Of a stretch of 64,000 bases of DNA, positions 26,093-36,013 are shown piece after piece. Both the position numbers and the translations under genes were made by a program. Location of the stretch: positions 9,659 through 73,658 of the forward strand of contig DASSPF010000133.1 in the NCBI GenBank assembly GCA_035699805.1. Reading direction: 5' to 3'. Position 1 is the first letter of the stretch. The number at the start of each line of letters is the position of its first letter. The stretch comes from Candidatus Limnocylindria bacterium (GTDB lineage Bacteria; Chloroflexota; Limnocylindria; P2-11E). The notes beneath the pieces are model-generated. The model saw nothing but the letters and a program-made list of their open reading frames with translations, had not been told where the DNA came from and searched no databases.

Positions 26093-27460
26093 CTAGTCTC
26101 GCGGGTCCACGAGGTACGGTGTCTCACCGGCCGCGCCGGGCTCGTGGTCCCCGGGATCGGACGGCGGCCGCCAGAGCGTCGGGATCGCGCGGGGCCGCAC
26201 GTGCCGGCCCACCTCGGTCACGACCGCGGCGAGGCGGGTCTTGCGCTGCTCCTTCTTCGCCAGGTCGCGCACCATCACGTACCCGCCGCGCGCCTCGGGC
26301 GTCCCCGCGATGATCGCCACGCGCGCTCCGTGCTTGATGGCGCTCTCGAGCTGCTTCTCGAGCGGGCGCCTGGAGTAGTCGATCGCCACGCTGAAGCCCT
26401 TCCCGCGGAGGCCAGCCGCCAGCTGCATTCGGTTCGCGACATCGTCCGGCTGCGCGGAGATCACGTACACGTCTGGCTTCGGCTCCTCCGCCACCTTCGT
26501 CCCCTCCTGCGTCAGCGCGTGATACAGCACGTCCATGCCCCCCGCGATCCCGGTGCCGGGCATGTCCTCGGCGCCCATCGTGGCGAAGAGGCCGTCGTAG
26601 CGACCGCCGCCGGCGACGGCGATGCCCTCGAACTCCGGAGCGGTGAGCACGAACTCCGTGACGGTGCGGGTGTAGTAGTCGAGCCCGCGCACGAGCGTCG
26701 GCACGACGCGGAACGGGATGCCCAGCCCGGTGAGACCCTCCTGCACCGCGCTGAAGTGCTCCCGATCGTCATCGCACAGCAGGTCGATGATCTTCGGAGC
26801 GCCCTCCACGACCGGCCGGTCCTGCGCCTCCTTGGAGTCAAGCACGCGCAGCACGTTCGTATCGACCCGGCGCTGCGACGCGGCTGAGAGCGCCGACCGG
26901 TGCTGGTCGAAGTAGGCGGTGAGCGCCTGGCGCACCGTCGTCCGGCACTTCGCGTCGCCGATGGTGTTGACGCGGATCTCGTAGCCGGTGAGGCCGACCT
27001 CGCTGAAGAAGCCGTGCGTGAATTCGATGATCTCCACGTCCACGGCCGCCTCGTCCGAGCCGAAGCACTCGAGGTCCCACTGCCAGAACTGGCGGAAGCG
27101 GAGCTTCTGTGGACGCTGGCCGCGGAACATCGGCTCGTACGCGAAGAACCGCTGCGGGCGCGGCGCCTTGTGGAGCCCCGCGCCCAGGAACGCGCGGGCG
27201 ATCGCCGGGGTGGCCTCGGGCCGGAGCGTGAGGTCCCCTTCGCCACCGAGCTGCACGTCGTACATCTCCTTGCCGACGATGTCCGACGACTCCCCCGAGG
27301 TCTTGATGAAGACGCGGCGCTCCTCCACGACGGGGGTGACGATGCGCGCGTAGCCGTAGCGCAGCGCACGCGCCTGCACGACGGCCGCGAGCGCATCCAT
27401 CGCCGCCGCCTCTTCTGGAAGGAGGTCCCGCATGCCGCGGGGCGCCTGAAAGCTCGCCAC
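26093..27460 (-). CDS. hisS: Histidine--tRNA ligase
   Basis: ORF 26093..27598 trimmed to a GTG giving VASFQAPRGMRDLLPEE, the HisS N-terminal signature. Motif 2 is present. Confidence 0.85.
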   Translation of the reverse strand: MASFQAPRGMRDLLPEEAAAMDALAAVVQARALRYGYARIVTPVVEERRVFIKTSGESSDIVGKEMYDVQLGGEGDLTLRPEATPAIARAFLGAGLHKAPRPQRFFAYEPMFRGQRPQKLRFRQFWQWDLECFGSDEAAVDVEIIEFTHGFFSEVGLTGYEIRVNTIGDAKCRTTVRQALTAYFDQHRSALSAASQRRVDTNVLRVLDSKEAQDRPVVEGAPKIIDLLCDDDREHFSAVQEGLTGLGIPFRVVPTLVRGLDYYTRTVTEFVLTAPEFEGIAVAGGGRYDGLFATMGAEDMPGTGIAGGMDVLYHALTQEGTKVAEEPKPDVYVISAQPDDVANRMQLAAGLRGKGFSVAIDYSRRPLEKQLESAIKHGARVAIIAGTPEARGGYVMVRDLAKKEQRKTRLAAVVTEVGRHVRPRAIPTLWRPPSDPGDHEPGAAGETPYLVDPRD

Positions 27461-27492
27461 CGGAGAGATGACTTTACCCGGTATCGTCGAAG

Positions 27493-28068
27493 GTGATGGA
27501 TCGCCGCTCGCTGCTCCGTCGCGCCGCCGCCGGGATCGTGCTCGCCGCATGCGGGTCGACGACCGGCAGTGCCGCGACGCAGCGTCCGGCGTCACCAACG
27601 ATCGGAGGAACGAAGACGACTACCCCCACATCAAACACCGGCGCGAAGGCCACCAAGGCGACGGTCGAGCTCGCCAAGGGCGGCTCGTTCACCTTCACAT
27701 TGCGCGCGGACAAGGCCCCGCAGACGGTGGAGCGCTTCGCCGGCAAGGCGCGGAGCGGCTTCTACGACAACCTCACCTTCCACCGCGTGGAGGACTGGGT
27801 GGTCCAGGGCGGCGACCCCAAGGGCACCGGCACGGGCGGCGAGCGCGTCCCCAGCGAGTACAACGACCTCAATTTCGCGGTCGGCGCGGTGGGCATCGCC
27901 CGCGGGCAGGATCCCGCCTTCAACAACGATTCGCAGTTCTTCGTCTGTAAGAAGGACGCGTCGTTCCTGGACAAGCAGTACACGAACTTCGGGATGGTCA
28001 CGAGCGGCATGGACGTGGTCCAGGGCATCAAGATCGGGGACAAGATCAAGCGCATCGCGATCGAGTAG
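27493..28068 (+). CDS. Secreted/lipoprotein peptidyl-prolyl cis-trans isomerase (cyclophilin type)
   Basis: Tat-like RR signal with a lipobox (MMDRRSLLRRAAAGIVLAAC). Cyclophilin motifs (FHRVEDWVVQGGDPKGTGTGG, FFVCKKD). Confidence 0.8.
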   Translation: MMDRRSLLRRAAAGIVLAACGSTTGSAATQRPASPTIGGTKTTTPTSNTGAKATKATVELAKGGSFTFTLRADKAPQTVERFAGKARSGFYDNLTFHRVEDWVVQGGDPKGTGTGGERVPSEYNDLNFAVGAVGIARGQDPAFNNDSQFFVCKKDASFLDKQYTNFGMVTSGMDVVQGIKIGDKIKRIAIE

Positions 28069-28806
28069 GTGCTCTCGACCCGCCCGACGCTCGCTCTCCT
28101 CGCCGCATTCACCGGCTTCGTCGCGCTCGCGCTGCCCCTCGACCGGGACACCGACGTGTGGCAGCAGAGCGTGCTGGGGCTCTCGGCATGGATCTTCCTC
28201 GGCATCGCGCTCTGGCTGCAGCCGCGCGAGCTGCGCATCCAGGTGGGCGTGCTCGTGGTCGTCGCCACGATCCTCGAGGTCATCGGCTCGATCGTCTGGG
28301 GCGCCTACCGGTACCGGCTGGACAATCTCCCGCTCTACGTGCCCGCCGGCCACGGCCTCTTCTACCTCTGCGCGCTGCGCGCCGCGGCGCTGCCGATCGT
28401 CCGGCGCAACGAGAGGGCCCTCATCGTGGCGGTCACGCTCGGCGCGACCGCGTACATGCTCCGGAACCTCGCGGCCCCGCCACTCCCCGATCTCCTCGGC
28501 TTCGTCACCTGGGCGATCTTCCTGCGCTTCATCATCCGCGGGACCGCGCCCGCCCTGTACGCGATCTCGTTCGCCATGACGACCGCGCTCGAGCTCTATG
28601 GGACCGCGCTCGGGATCTGGCGCTGGTCGCCGGTGCTCCCGCTCCTCATGCTGCCCGCGGCGAATCCGCCGAGCGGCATCGGTGCGGGCTACGCGGCGAT
28701 GGACGCGCTCACCCGGCGCATCGTGAGGCGGATCGCCCCTACTGGACCCCGCCCTTCGTCATCGGCAGCGGATCCAGCACCTGCCGCAGCTTCGCGTCGT
28801 CCATGA
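28069..28806 (+). CDS. Hypothetical integral membrane protein (about 6 TM)
   Basis: Starts on the GTG directly after the cyclophilin stop. Hydrophobic throughout. The 3' tail overlaps the convergent aspA by about 67 nt, so the true stop may be earlier. Confidence 0.5.
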   Translation: MLSTRPTLALLAAFTGFVALALPLDRDTDVWQQSVLGLSAWIFLGIALWLQPRELRIQVGVLVVVATILEVIGSIVWGAYRYRLDNLPLYVPAGHGLFYLCALRAAALPIVRRNERALIVAVTLGATAYMLRNLAAPPLPDLLGFVTWAIFLRFIIRGTAPALYAISFAMTTALELYGTALGIWRWSPVLPLLMLPAANPPSGIGAGYAAMDALTRRIVRRIAPTGPRPSSSAADPAPAAASRRP

Positions 28807-30163
28807 CCTTCTCGTCACGGGCCACGTCGAAGAGGGAGCGCTTCTCGGCCAGCGCGCGCTTCACCAGGGCGGCCGACCGCGCGTAGCCGATGTGCGGCGT
28901 GAGCGCCGTCACGATGAGCGATGGCGAGAGATCCATGAGCTCGCGGCAGCGCTCCTCGTCCACGCGCATCCCCTCGATCGTCCTCACGCGGAGCGTCTGG
29001 ACCGCGTTCGCCAGGATCGTGGCGGAGAAGCACACCGCGTAGTTGATGCCGGGCATCATCACGTTCAGCTCGAGCTGCCCGGCCTGCGCGCCCCAGACGA
29101 CCGCGGTGTCGTTGCCGATGACCTGGAAGCAGACCTGGTTGACCATCTCGGCGATCGCCGGGTTCACCTTCCCCGGCATGATCGACGACCCGGGCTGCAC
29201 AGCGGGGATGGACAGCTCGCCAAAGCCGGTGCGCGGACCGGAGACGAGCAGGCGGATGTCGTTGCAGATGGACGAGACCTCGATCGCCGCGGTGCGCATC
29301 CCGCTCGAGACGCGGACGAATGGCGCCATGGACTGCATCGAGGCGAACAGGTCCTTGGCCGGGACGATCGGCTCGCCGTACCACTCGGCGAGCAGCGTGC
29401 ACACGCGTTCGCGCACACCCTCGCTGGCGTTGAGGCCCGTCCCTGCGGCCGTGCCGCCGATCCCGAGCTCGCACAGCTCGCCGCGGCCAGCGCGGAGCCG
29501 CGCCGACGCACCGCGCACGCGCACCGCCCAGCCGCCGATCTCCTGACCGAAGGTGACCGGCACCGCGTCCTGCAGATGCGTGCGGCCGGGCTTCACCACG
29601 TTCGCGTACTGCGCCGCCTTCGCCGCGAGCGCGTCGGCGAGCTGGTCGAGCTCCTCGCACACCGTTCGGGTGAGCTCCAGGTGCGCGAGACGCATCGCCG
29701 TCGGCGTCACGTCGTTGGTCGATTGCCCCATGTTCACGTGGTCGTTCGGGTTCACGTGCTCATACGTCCCGAGTCCGCCGCCGAGCAGCTGGTTCGCGCG
29801 GTTGGCGATCACCTCGTTCACGTTCATGTGGAACGAGACGCCGGCGCCGGAGTGGAACACGTCGAGCACGAACTGGTCGGCGTGCTGTCCGCCGAGGACC
29901 TCGTCGCACGCGGCGACGATGGCGTCACGCCGCTTGGCATCCAGCCGACCGGTCTCCGTGTTGGCCAGCGCCTGGGCCTTCTTGATCCGCACCATGGCGC
30001 GGATGAAGGCCGGGAATGGGCGGTAGCCGCTGATGGGGTAGTTCTCGATGCCGCGCTGGGTCTGCGCGCCCCAGAGCGCTTGGGCCGGTACGGCGATCTC
30101 GCCGAGGGTGTCCTTCTCGGTGCGCGTGGTCGCGGCGCGCGGCTCCTTCGCGACGGTCGCCAT
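28739..30163 (-). CDS. aspA: Aspartate ammonia-lyase (fumarase/aspartase superfamily)
   Basis: GSSIMPGKVNPAIAEMVNQVCFQVIGND, QAGQLELNVMMP, PISGY and HVNMGQSTNDV fit aspartase (AnsB/AspA) better than FumC. The start is trimmed to the second ATG, which has an AGGGAG Shine-Dalgarno. Confidence 0.75.
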   Translation of the reverse strand: MATVAKEPRAATTRTEKDTLGEIAVPAQALWGAQTQRGIENYPISGYRPFPAFIRAMVRIKKAQALANTETGRLDAKRRDAIVAACDEVLGGQHADQFVLDVFHSGAGVSFHMNVNEVIANRANQLLGGGLGTYEHVNPNDHVNMGQSTNDVTPTAMRLAHLELTRTVCEELDQLADALAAKAAQYANVVKPGRTHLQDAVPVTFGQEIGGWAVRVRGASARLRAGRGELCELGIGGTAAGTGLNASEGVRERVCTLLAEWYGEPIVPAKDLFASMQSMAPFVRVSSGMRTAAIEVSSICNDIRLLVSGPRTGFGELSIPAVQPGSSIMPGKVNPAIAEMVNQVCFQVIGNDTAVVWGAQAGQLELNVMMPGINYAVCFSATILANAVQTLRVRTIEGMRVDEERCRELMDLSPSLIVTALTPHIGYARSAALVKRALAEKRSLFDVARDEKVMDDAKLRQVLDPLPMTKGGVQ

Positions 30164-30198
30164 CTGTAACTCCCTTGTCCCGGTCATGGGTAGAATAG

Positions 30199-32130
30199 GT
30201 GTTCCGCGTGCAGAAGAATCGGCTGACCTGGATGATCGGCGGACCCCAGGGCAGCGGTATCAACGCCTCCGCCGAGGTGTTCGCGAAGGCCTGCTCCCGC
30301 GCAGGCCTGCGTGTCTACGCGAACATCGAATACCACTCGAACATCATGGGCAAGCACTCGTTCTACCGGGTGCGTGTCGACGAGCAGGACATCCGCTCGT
30401 ATCGCGAGAAGACCGACATCCTCGTCGCGCTCGACCACGAGACGCTGGCCGGCGACGGCGATCACCGCCGCTGGGCCACGCACTTCGGTCACCTCCACGA
30501 GATGAACGAGGGCGGCGGCGTGGTCTTCGACACCGAGGCCGACTTCGATCCCGCGCACAGCCCGCGAACGGACCTGCGCTTCTACCCGGTCCCGTTCATG
30601 GAGATCATCAAGCAGGCCCTCGAGGAGGTCGGCAAGGCCGAGCAGTCGCGCCGGTACGAGGTCATGAAGAACACCGTCGGCCTCGGCGCGTCGCTCGCGC
30701 TGTGCGATTACCCCTTCGACCTCGTCGCGGAGGTCATCCTCGGGCAGTTCAAGGGCAAGCGCTCCGAGGTGGGACAGCTGAATGTCCGCGCCGCGAAGAT
30801 GGCGTTCGAGTACGTGAAGAAGAGCTTTGACGTGAAGGAGTTCCCCTACACGCTCAAGCCCGGCCCCGAGCCGAAGGCGCGCATCCTCGCGAAGGGCTAC
30901 GAGATCGGGGCCATCGCCAAGCTGAAGGCCGGCTGCGCGATCCAGACCTACTACCCCATCTCGCCGGCGACCGATGAGAGCGTCTACCTCGAGCGCCAGC
31001 AGCGCGAGCACGGCCTGCTCGTGGTCCAGTGCGAGGACGAGATCTCGTCCATCAACATGGCCGTGGGCGCCGCGCACATGGGTGTGCGCGTCGCGACGGC
31101 GACGAGCGGCCCCGGCTTCGCGCTCATGGTCGAGGGCATCGGCTTCGCCGCGATCACCGAGGCGCCCGGTCCGGTGCTCGTCCTCTACCAGCGCGGCGGA
31201 CCATCCACCGGCCTCCCGACGCGTCAGGAGCAGGGCGACCTGCTCTTCGCCCTCCATCCGGCGCAGGGCGACTTCCCGCACATCGTCACCGCACCGGGCG
31301 ACCTGCGCGAGACGTACCAGGACGTCTTCTCGGCGTTCAACTGGGCCGAGCGCTACCAGCTGCCGGTCCTGGTGCTCTCCGACAAAAAGCTCGCCGCCGT
31401 GTACACCACCATCGACAAGCTCGAACTGAAGTACGACCAGATCGACCGGGGCGAGCGCTTCACCGGCAGCGAATGGACCGCGGTGGATGCCAAGGGCCCG
31501 AACGACGGCCACGATGGCAACGGGAACGGCCAGGGCGCGGCCGACGTGAAGGAATACCTGCGCTACGCGCTCACCAAGGACGGCATCTCGCCGCGCAGCC
31601 GCCCGGGGATCCAGGGCGGTCGCTTCTGGTCCACCAGTGACGAGCACGACCCCGACGGACACATCACCGAGGGCGTGGAGATGCGCATGGCCATGATGCG
31701 CAAGCGCATGGGCAAGCTGGCGCTCGCGCAGAAGGCCATCCCGCAGGACATGCAGTACACGCTGCATGGCCCGGCGGACGCCGAGCTCACCATCGTCGCC
31801 TGGGGCTCCACCAAGGGCACCATCCTCGACGCGCTGCGGATGCTCGAGGCCGACGGCAAGCGCATCAACTTCCTCCAGTGCCGGCTGATGCGCCCGTTCC
31901 CCGCCGAGGCCGTGGGCAGCATCCTGCGCAAGGCCAAGCGCGTGGTGAGCATCGAGGAGAACTACTCCGGCCAGCTCGCGACGCACATCGCGTCGGAGAC
32001 CGGCTTCCTCATCACGGACCGCATCAACAAGTACGATGGCCGGCCGTTCAGCGAGGACGAGATGGTCGCCGCGATCGCCAACGCGTACGCCGGCGGCAAG
32101 ATCGAGGCGGTGGTGACGAATGTCCGTTAG
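30199..32130 (+). CDS. korA: 2-oxoacid:ferredoxin oxidoreductase, fused gamma-alpha subunit (KorA)
   Basis: 643 aa (LTWMIGGPQGSGINAS ... GPGFALM). An alternative GTG at 30208 has an AGGTG Shine-Dalgarno. The 3' end overlaps korB by 11 nt. Confidence 0.85.
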   Translation: MFRVQKNRLTWMIGGPQGSGINASAEVFAKACSRAGLRVYANIEYHSNIMGKHSFYRVRVDEQDIRSYREKTDILVALDHETLAGDGDHRRWATHFGHLHEMNEGGGVVFDTEADFDPAHSPRTDLRFYPVPFMEIIKQALEEVGKAEQSRRYEVMKNTVGLGASLALCDYPFDLVAEVILGQFKGKRSEVGQLNVRAAKMAFEYVKKSFDVKEFPYTLKPGPEPKARILAKGYEIGAIAKLKAGCAIQTYYPISPATDESVYLERQQREHGLLVVQCEDEISSINMAVGAAHMGVRVATATSGPGFALMVEGIGFAAITEAPGPVLVLYQRGGPSTGLPTRQEQGDLLFALHPAQGDFPHIVTAPGDLRETYQDVFSAFNWAERYQLPVLVLSDKKLAAVYTTIDKLELKYDQIDRGERFTGSEWTAVDAKGPNDGHDGNGNGQGAADVKEYLRYALTKDGISPRSRPGIQGGRFWSTSDEHDPDGHITEGVEMRMAMMRKRMGKLALAQKAIPQDMQYTLHGPADAELTIVAWGSTKGTILDALRMLEADGKRINFLQCRLMRPFPAEAVGSILRKAKRVVSIEENYSGQLATHIASETGFLITDRINKYDGRPFSEDEMVAAIANAYAGGKIEAVVTNVR

Positions 32131-33067
32131 CGCACCCGTGAAGCTCACGATCAAGGACTACAAGTCCGATCTCCACAACGACTGGTGCCCCGGCTGCGGC
32201 GACTTCGGCATCCTCACCGGGATCCAGATGGCGCTCGCGCAGCTCCAGCTCGACCCCGACAAGGTCGCCTGCTTCTCGGGCATCGGCTGCTCGGGCAAGA
32301 CGCCGCATTACATCAACGCCTACGGGTTCCACACGCTCCACGGCCGCGTGCTCCCGGTGGCCACCGGCGGCCGTCTCGCGAACACCGGCCTCACCGTGCT
32401 CGCGCTCGGCGGGGACGGCGACGGCTACGGCATCGGCGCCGGCTATTTCGTGAACACCGGCCGGCGCAACCTGAACTTCACGTACATGGTCCACAACAAC
32501 AACGTGTATGGCCTGACCAAGGGCCAGGCCTCGCCGACCCTCTCCAAGGGCAAGAAGACCAAGTCCATGCCGGAGCAGGCGATCCAGGACGGCATCAACC
32601 CGATCGCCATGGCCGTTGCCGCGGGCTACACGTTCATCGCGCGCGCGTACGCGCTCGAGCCGAAGTACCTCGCGAGCATCATCGTGCGCGCGATCCAGCA
32701 CCCCGGCTCCGCGCTCGTCGACGTGCTCCAGACCTGCCCGACGTACAACGACCTGTACACGAAGGAGTGGTACGAGGGCGCCGACCTCGCCGAAAAGAAG
32801 TCGCGCCTGTACAAGCTCGAGGAGCGCGGCTACGACGGGAAGGTGCAGGACCCCACGGACGAGCAGGAGATCGTGGCGAAGAAGGCCGCGGCCGTCGCTC
32901 GTTCATACGAGCGCGAGCCGATCCCGATCGGCGTGTACTACGAGGCCGTGCTGCCGACGTACGAGGACGAGATCTACAAGCGCATCCCGGCCATGAAGGA
33001 CACGCCGCTCGCGGAGATGGACACCTTCAAGCGCAACATCGACCCGCTGCTCGAGGCGATGCGCTAA
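32120..33067 (+). CDS. korB: 2-oxoacid:ferredoxin oxidoreductase beta subunit (TPP-binding, KorB)
   Basis: 315 aa (WCPGCGDFGIL, GIGCSG, GGDGDGYGIG TPP motif). Confidence 0.85.
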   Translation: MSVSAPVKLTIKDYKSDLHNDWCPGCGDFGILTGIQMALAQLQLDPDKVACFSGIGCSGKTPHYINAYGFHTLHGRVLPVATGGRLANTGLTVLALGGDGDGYGIGAGYFVNTGRRNLNFTYMVHNNNVYGLTKGQASPTLSKGKKTKSMPEQAIQDGINPIAMAVAAGYTFIARAYALEPKYLASIIVRAIQHPGSALVDVLQTCPTYNDLYTKEWYEGADLAEKKSRLYKLEERGYDGKVQDPTDEQEIVAKKAAAVARSYEREPIPIGVYYEAVLPTYEDEIYKRIPAMKDTPLAEMDTFKRNIDPLLEAMR

Positions 33068-33082
33068 GCGCGAGGTCCGGCG

Positions 33083-34849
33083 CTACTGGGCCCCGCGCGT
33101 CCCCAGACGCTTCGCGACGAAGTCCAGCTCCATGGCCACCTGCTTCAGCGACTCGTCGACCTTCAGCGACCCGTGCCCTGCGTCGTAGCGGTACTCCTCG
33201 TAGGGCTTGCCGAGCTCCTTCAGGCGCTCGACGTACACGTCGACGCTGCGCGACGGGCAGCGCGGGTCGTTCTGTCCCACCACCAGGAGCATCGGCGCCT
33301 GCACGCGATCGACATAGGTGATGGGGTTGGCGCGGCGGTACGCCTCCGGGACCTCGGCCGGCGTGCCACCGAAGAGCGCCGCGTCATAGCGCTTCAGCGG
33401 CTCCATCTCGTCCTCGAAGGCGGCGACGTAATCGCCGATGGGCACGATGCCGATCCCCAGCGCCCAGCGCCCGGGCTGCGTCCCCAGACCCAGCAGCGTC
33501 AGGTAGCCGCCCCACGACCCGCCGCCGAGGACGCAGCGATTCGGGTCGGCCAGGCCGGTGCGGACCGCCCAGTCCTGCACCTTCGCGATGTCCTCGAGCT
33601 CGGTGAGGCCCGGCCGGCCGACGATCGCGTCACGCCAGGCCTTGCCGTAGCCGCTGGACCCGCGGTAGTTCACCAGCACCACCGCGAAGCCGTGATCCAC
33701 CCAGGCCTGGACCGTCGGCGAGAACGCGTCACGGTCGTGGGCCTCGGGCCCGCCGTGGATGAAGAAGTGCGTCGGGTGCGGCCCCGTCGCCGGCGGCTCG
33801 GCCACGAACACGTGGACGCCCTCGACATCGGCGTCGCGGTAGCTCACCCCTGCGGGTGCGGCGGGGCCCTCGGGGCGCAACACGACCTCACCGCCGATCG
33901 CGCGCACCACCGGCGCCTCGCTGGAGCGATCGAGCAGATACCAGACCGCGCCGTCCGGACGCACACGCGCCGCCGCGATCGTCCCGGCCTCCGTGGCGAG
34001 GCGCTCCAGCTGCGCGCGGTCGAGGTCGTAGCGGTACAGCTCGGTCCGACCACGATGATCGTGGCTGATGAGCAGCGCCTGGGCATCGGGGTACCAGTCG
34101 GCGCTCATCTCGCCGGGAAGTTCGAGCGCGAGCTCGATCTCGCGGTCGCGCGCGACGTCCCAGAGCAGCGGCCGCGCGGTACCGGTCCGCTCGTGCATCA
34201 CCAGCAGGCGCGCGTCGCCGCGGACCGGCGACCATCGCCCGGCCACCAGACCGCGACCGGGACCGTCCCACTTCTCCGCCACCGGCTGGCCCTCCGCATC
34301 GAGGACGCGGAGCGCGCGGTTGCGGCTGTCGCCGTGCTCCGAGTGCGAGAGCACGAAGAGCGCTTCGTCACGCGACAGATCGCCCACATGCGCGCTCTGG
34401 GCGTGCGCGTAGATCCGCCGGGGGGCCTCGCCCTCACGAACGAGATAGGCGCTCGTGCCCTCGCCGCCGCGCGAGCGGCCGACGATCGCGAACGCGGCGG
34501 CGAGCGCCAGACCAGCGCTGTACGCGGGCTCCAGGTCGGGCGCGATGCGCCGCTGGTCCCCGCCCGCGAATCGCTCGCGCACCCAGTGACCGAGCTCGTT
34601 CCCCTTCGCGTCATCGAACCACCACGCGTGTCCACCGTCCGGCTCGAGGCGCGACGGGACGCGGTAGCCGGTGCCCTCGCTGCGGTCGGTCAGGCGGCGG
34701 CGCTCACCGGTGCGGCGATCCCAGGTATGCACCTCGAACGTGCCCGATGCGTTCGAAAGGTAGAGGAGGTGCTCGGGCTCGTCGCGCGCCCATGAGGGGA
34801 ACGTGACGCGCGCGGCGCGGAACCGCTGCCGCCAGCGCGCCTCGGTCAT
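33083..34849 (-). CDS. S9-family prolyl oligopeptidase / acylaminoacyl peptidase (beta-propeller plus alpha/beta hydrolase)
   Basis: The C-terminus has a GGSWGG nucleophile elbow and the catalytic Asp/His region (VGQNDPRCP, DAGHG). The start is trimmed to MTEARWRQRF. Confidence 0.75.
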   Translation of the reverse strand: MTEARWRQRFRAARVTFPSWARDEPEHLLYLSNASGTFEVHTWDRRTGERRRLTDRSEGTGYRVPSRLEPDGGHAWWFDDAKGNELGHWVRERFAGGDQRRIAPDLEPAYSAGLALAAAFAIVGRSRGGEGTSAYLVREGEAPRRIYAHAQSAHVGDLSRDEALFVLSHSEHGDSRNRALRVLDAEGQPVAEKWDGPGRGLVAGRWSPVRGDARLLVMHERTGTARPLLWDVARDREIELALELPGEMSADWYPDAQALLISHDHRGRTELYRYDLDRAQLERLATEAGTIAAARVRPDGAVWYLLDRSSEAPVVRAIGGEVVLRPEGPAAPAGVSYRDADVEGVHVFVAEPPATGPHPTHFFIHGGPEAHDRDAFSPTVQAWVDHGFAVVLVNYRGSSGYGKAWRDAIVGRPGLTELEDIAKVQDWAVRTGLADPNRCVLGGGSWGGYLTLLGLGTQPGRWALGIGIVPIGDYVAAFEDEMEPLKRYDAALFGGTPAEVPEAYRRANPITYVDRVQAPMLLVVGQNDPRCPSRSVDVYVERLKELGKPYEEYRYDAGHGSLKVDESLKQVAMELDFVAKRLGTRGAQ

Positions 34850-34951
34850 GCGTGGCCCAGCCGCGCGCTCGCGCGGTAACGAAGCGGTCATCGGCGCCGA
34901 CGGATCGCGGTCATGGAATCATCGTAGGGCGATGCGCGTTGTGGTGATCTG

Positions 34952-36013
34952 ATGGAGCTCGGTCTGTACACCTTCGCGGAGGTCACACCGGACCCCCGCA
35001 CCGGTGTCACCATCACCGCCGAGGAACGGCTCCGCGATCTCATGGAGGAGATCGAGCTGGCGGACCGCCTCGGCCTCGACGTGTATGGCGTGGGCGAGCA
35101 CCACCGGCCGGATTTCGCGGTCTCCGCGCCCGCGGTCGTGCTGGGTGCGGCCGCCGTGCGCACGGAGCGGATCCGCCTCACCAGCGCGGTGAGCGTCATC
35201 AGCTCCGACGATCCGGTCCGCGTGTTCCAGGACTTCGCCACGATCGATCTCCTCTCCCACGGCCGCGCCGAGATCATGGCCGGCCGGGGCTCGTTCACCG
35301 AGTCCTTCCCGCTCTTCGGCCACGACCTGAAGGACTACGACGAGCTCTTCGCCGAGAATCTCGACCTGCTCCTGAAGGTGCGTAAGTCGGTCCGTGTCAC
35401 CTGGTCGGGCGCGCACCGGCCGCCCCTGCGTGACCTCCCGGTGTACCCCAGACCGGTGCAGGACCCGCTCCCGGTGTGGATCGCGGTCGGCGGGAACGCC
35501 GGCTCGGCGGCGCGCGCGGGGGCGCTCGGCCTCCCGATGGCCCTGGCGATCATCGGCGGGATGCCCGAGCGCTTCGCGCCCTTCGCCGAGATCCACCGCG
35601 AGGCGGCGCGCCGCGCGGGGCATCGCGAGCCTGCGTTCTCCATCAACTCGCACGGCTTCATCGCCGACACCTGGCAGGAGGCCGTCGACCTCGCCTACCC
35701 GGCGGTGGAGATCACGATGAACAAGATCGGCCGAGAGCGTGGCTGGCCACCCATGTCGCGCAGCGACTTCGAGGCGTCCACGGCCCTGCGCGGGGCGAAC
35801 TTCGTCGGCACACCAGAGCAGGTGATCGAGAAGATCCTCTTCCAGCACCGGATCTTCGGCCACCAGCGGTTCCTCATGCAGATGACCGTCGGCACGCTGC
35901 CACATGACCGGGTCATGCGCTCGATCGAGCTATTCGCCACCAAGGTCGCCCCCGCCGTGCGTGCGGCTCTCGGGTCGGCTCAGGCCTCCACGCCCGCGGC
36001 CTTCTTGCGCTGA
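34952..36013 (+). CDS. Luciferase-like (LLM class) flavin-dependent oxidoreductase
   Basis: 353 aa TIM-barrel LLM pattern ([18 protein letters not shown]). Possibly F420-dependent. It overlaps the typA 3' end by 34 nt in convergent orientation. Confidence 0.75.
   Translation: MELGLYTFAEVTPDPRTGVTITAEERLRDLMEEIELADRLGLDVYGVGEHHRPDFAVSAPAVVLGAAAVRTERIRLTSAVSVISSDDPVRVFQDFATIDLLSHGRAEIMAGRGSFTESFPLFGHDLKDYDELFAENLDLLLKVRKSVRVTWSGAHRPPLRDLPVYPRPVQDPLPVWIAVGGNAGSAARAGALGLPMALAIIGGMPERFAPFAEIHREAARRAGHREPAFSINSHGFIADTWQEAVDLAYPAVEITMNKIGRERGWPPMSRSDFEASTALRGANFVGTPEQVIEKILFQHRIFGHQRFLMQMTVGTLPHDRVMRSIELFATKVAPAVRAALGSAQASTPAAFLR

Noticed and set aside
28739-30187. Calling this gene fumarase C (fumC)
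   Set aside because: The N-terminus (LWGAQTQR) is fumarase-like. However, the SS-loop region (GSSIMPGKVNPAIAEMVNQVCFQVIGND, AGQLELNVM) and the PISGY and HVNMGQSTNDV motifs match aspartases (B. subtilis AnsB type). It is kept as aspartate ammonia-lyase with reduced confidence.
30191-30196. TAGAAT hexamer as a korA -10 element
   Set aside because: It is only 2 nt from the annotated GTG start, so its role is ambiguous. It is mentioned in a finding but not annotated as a promoter.
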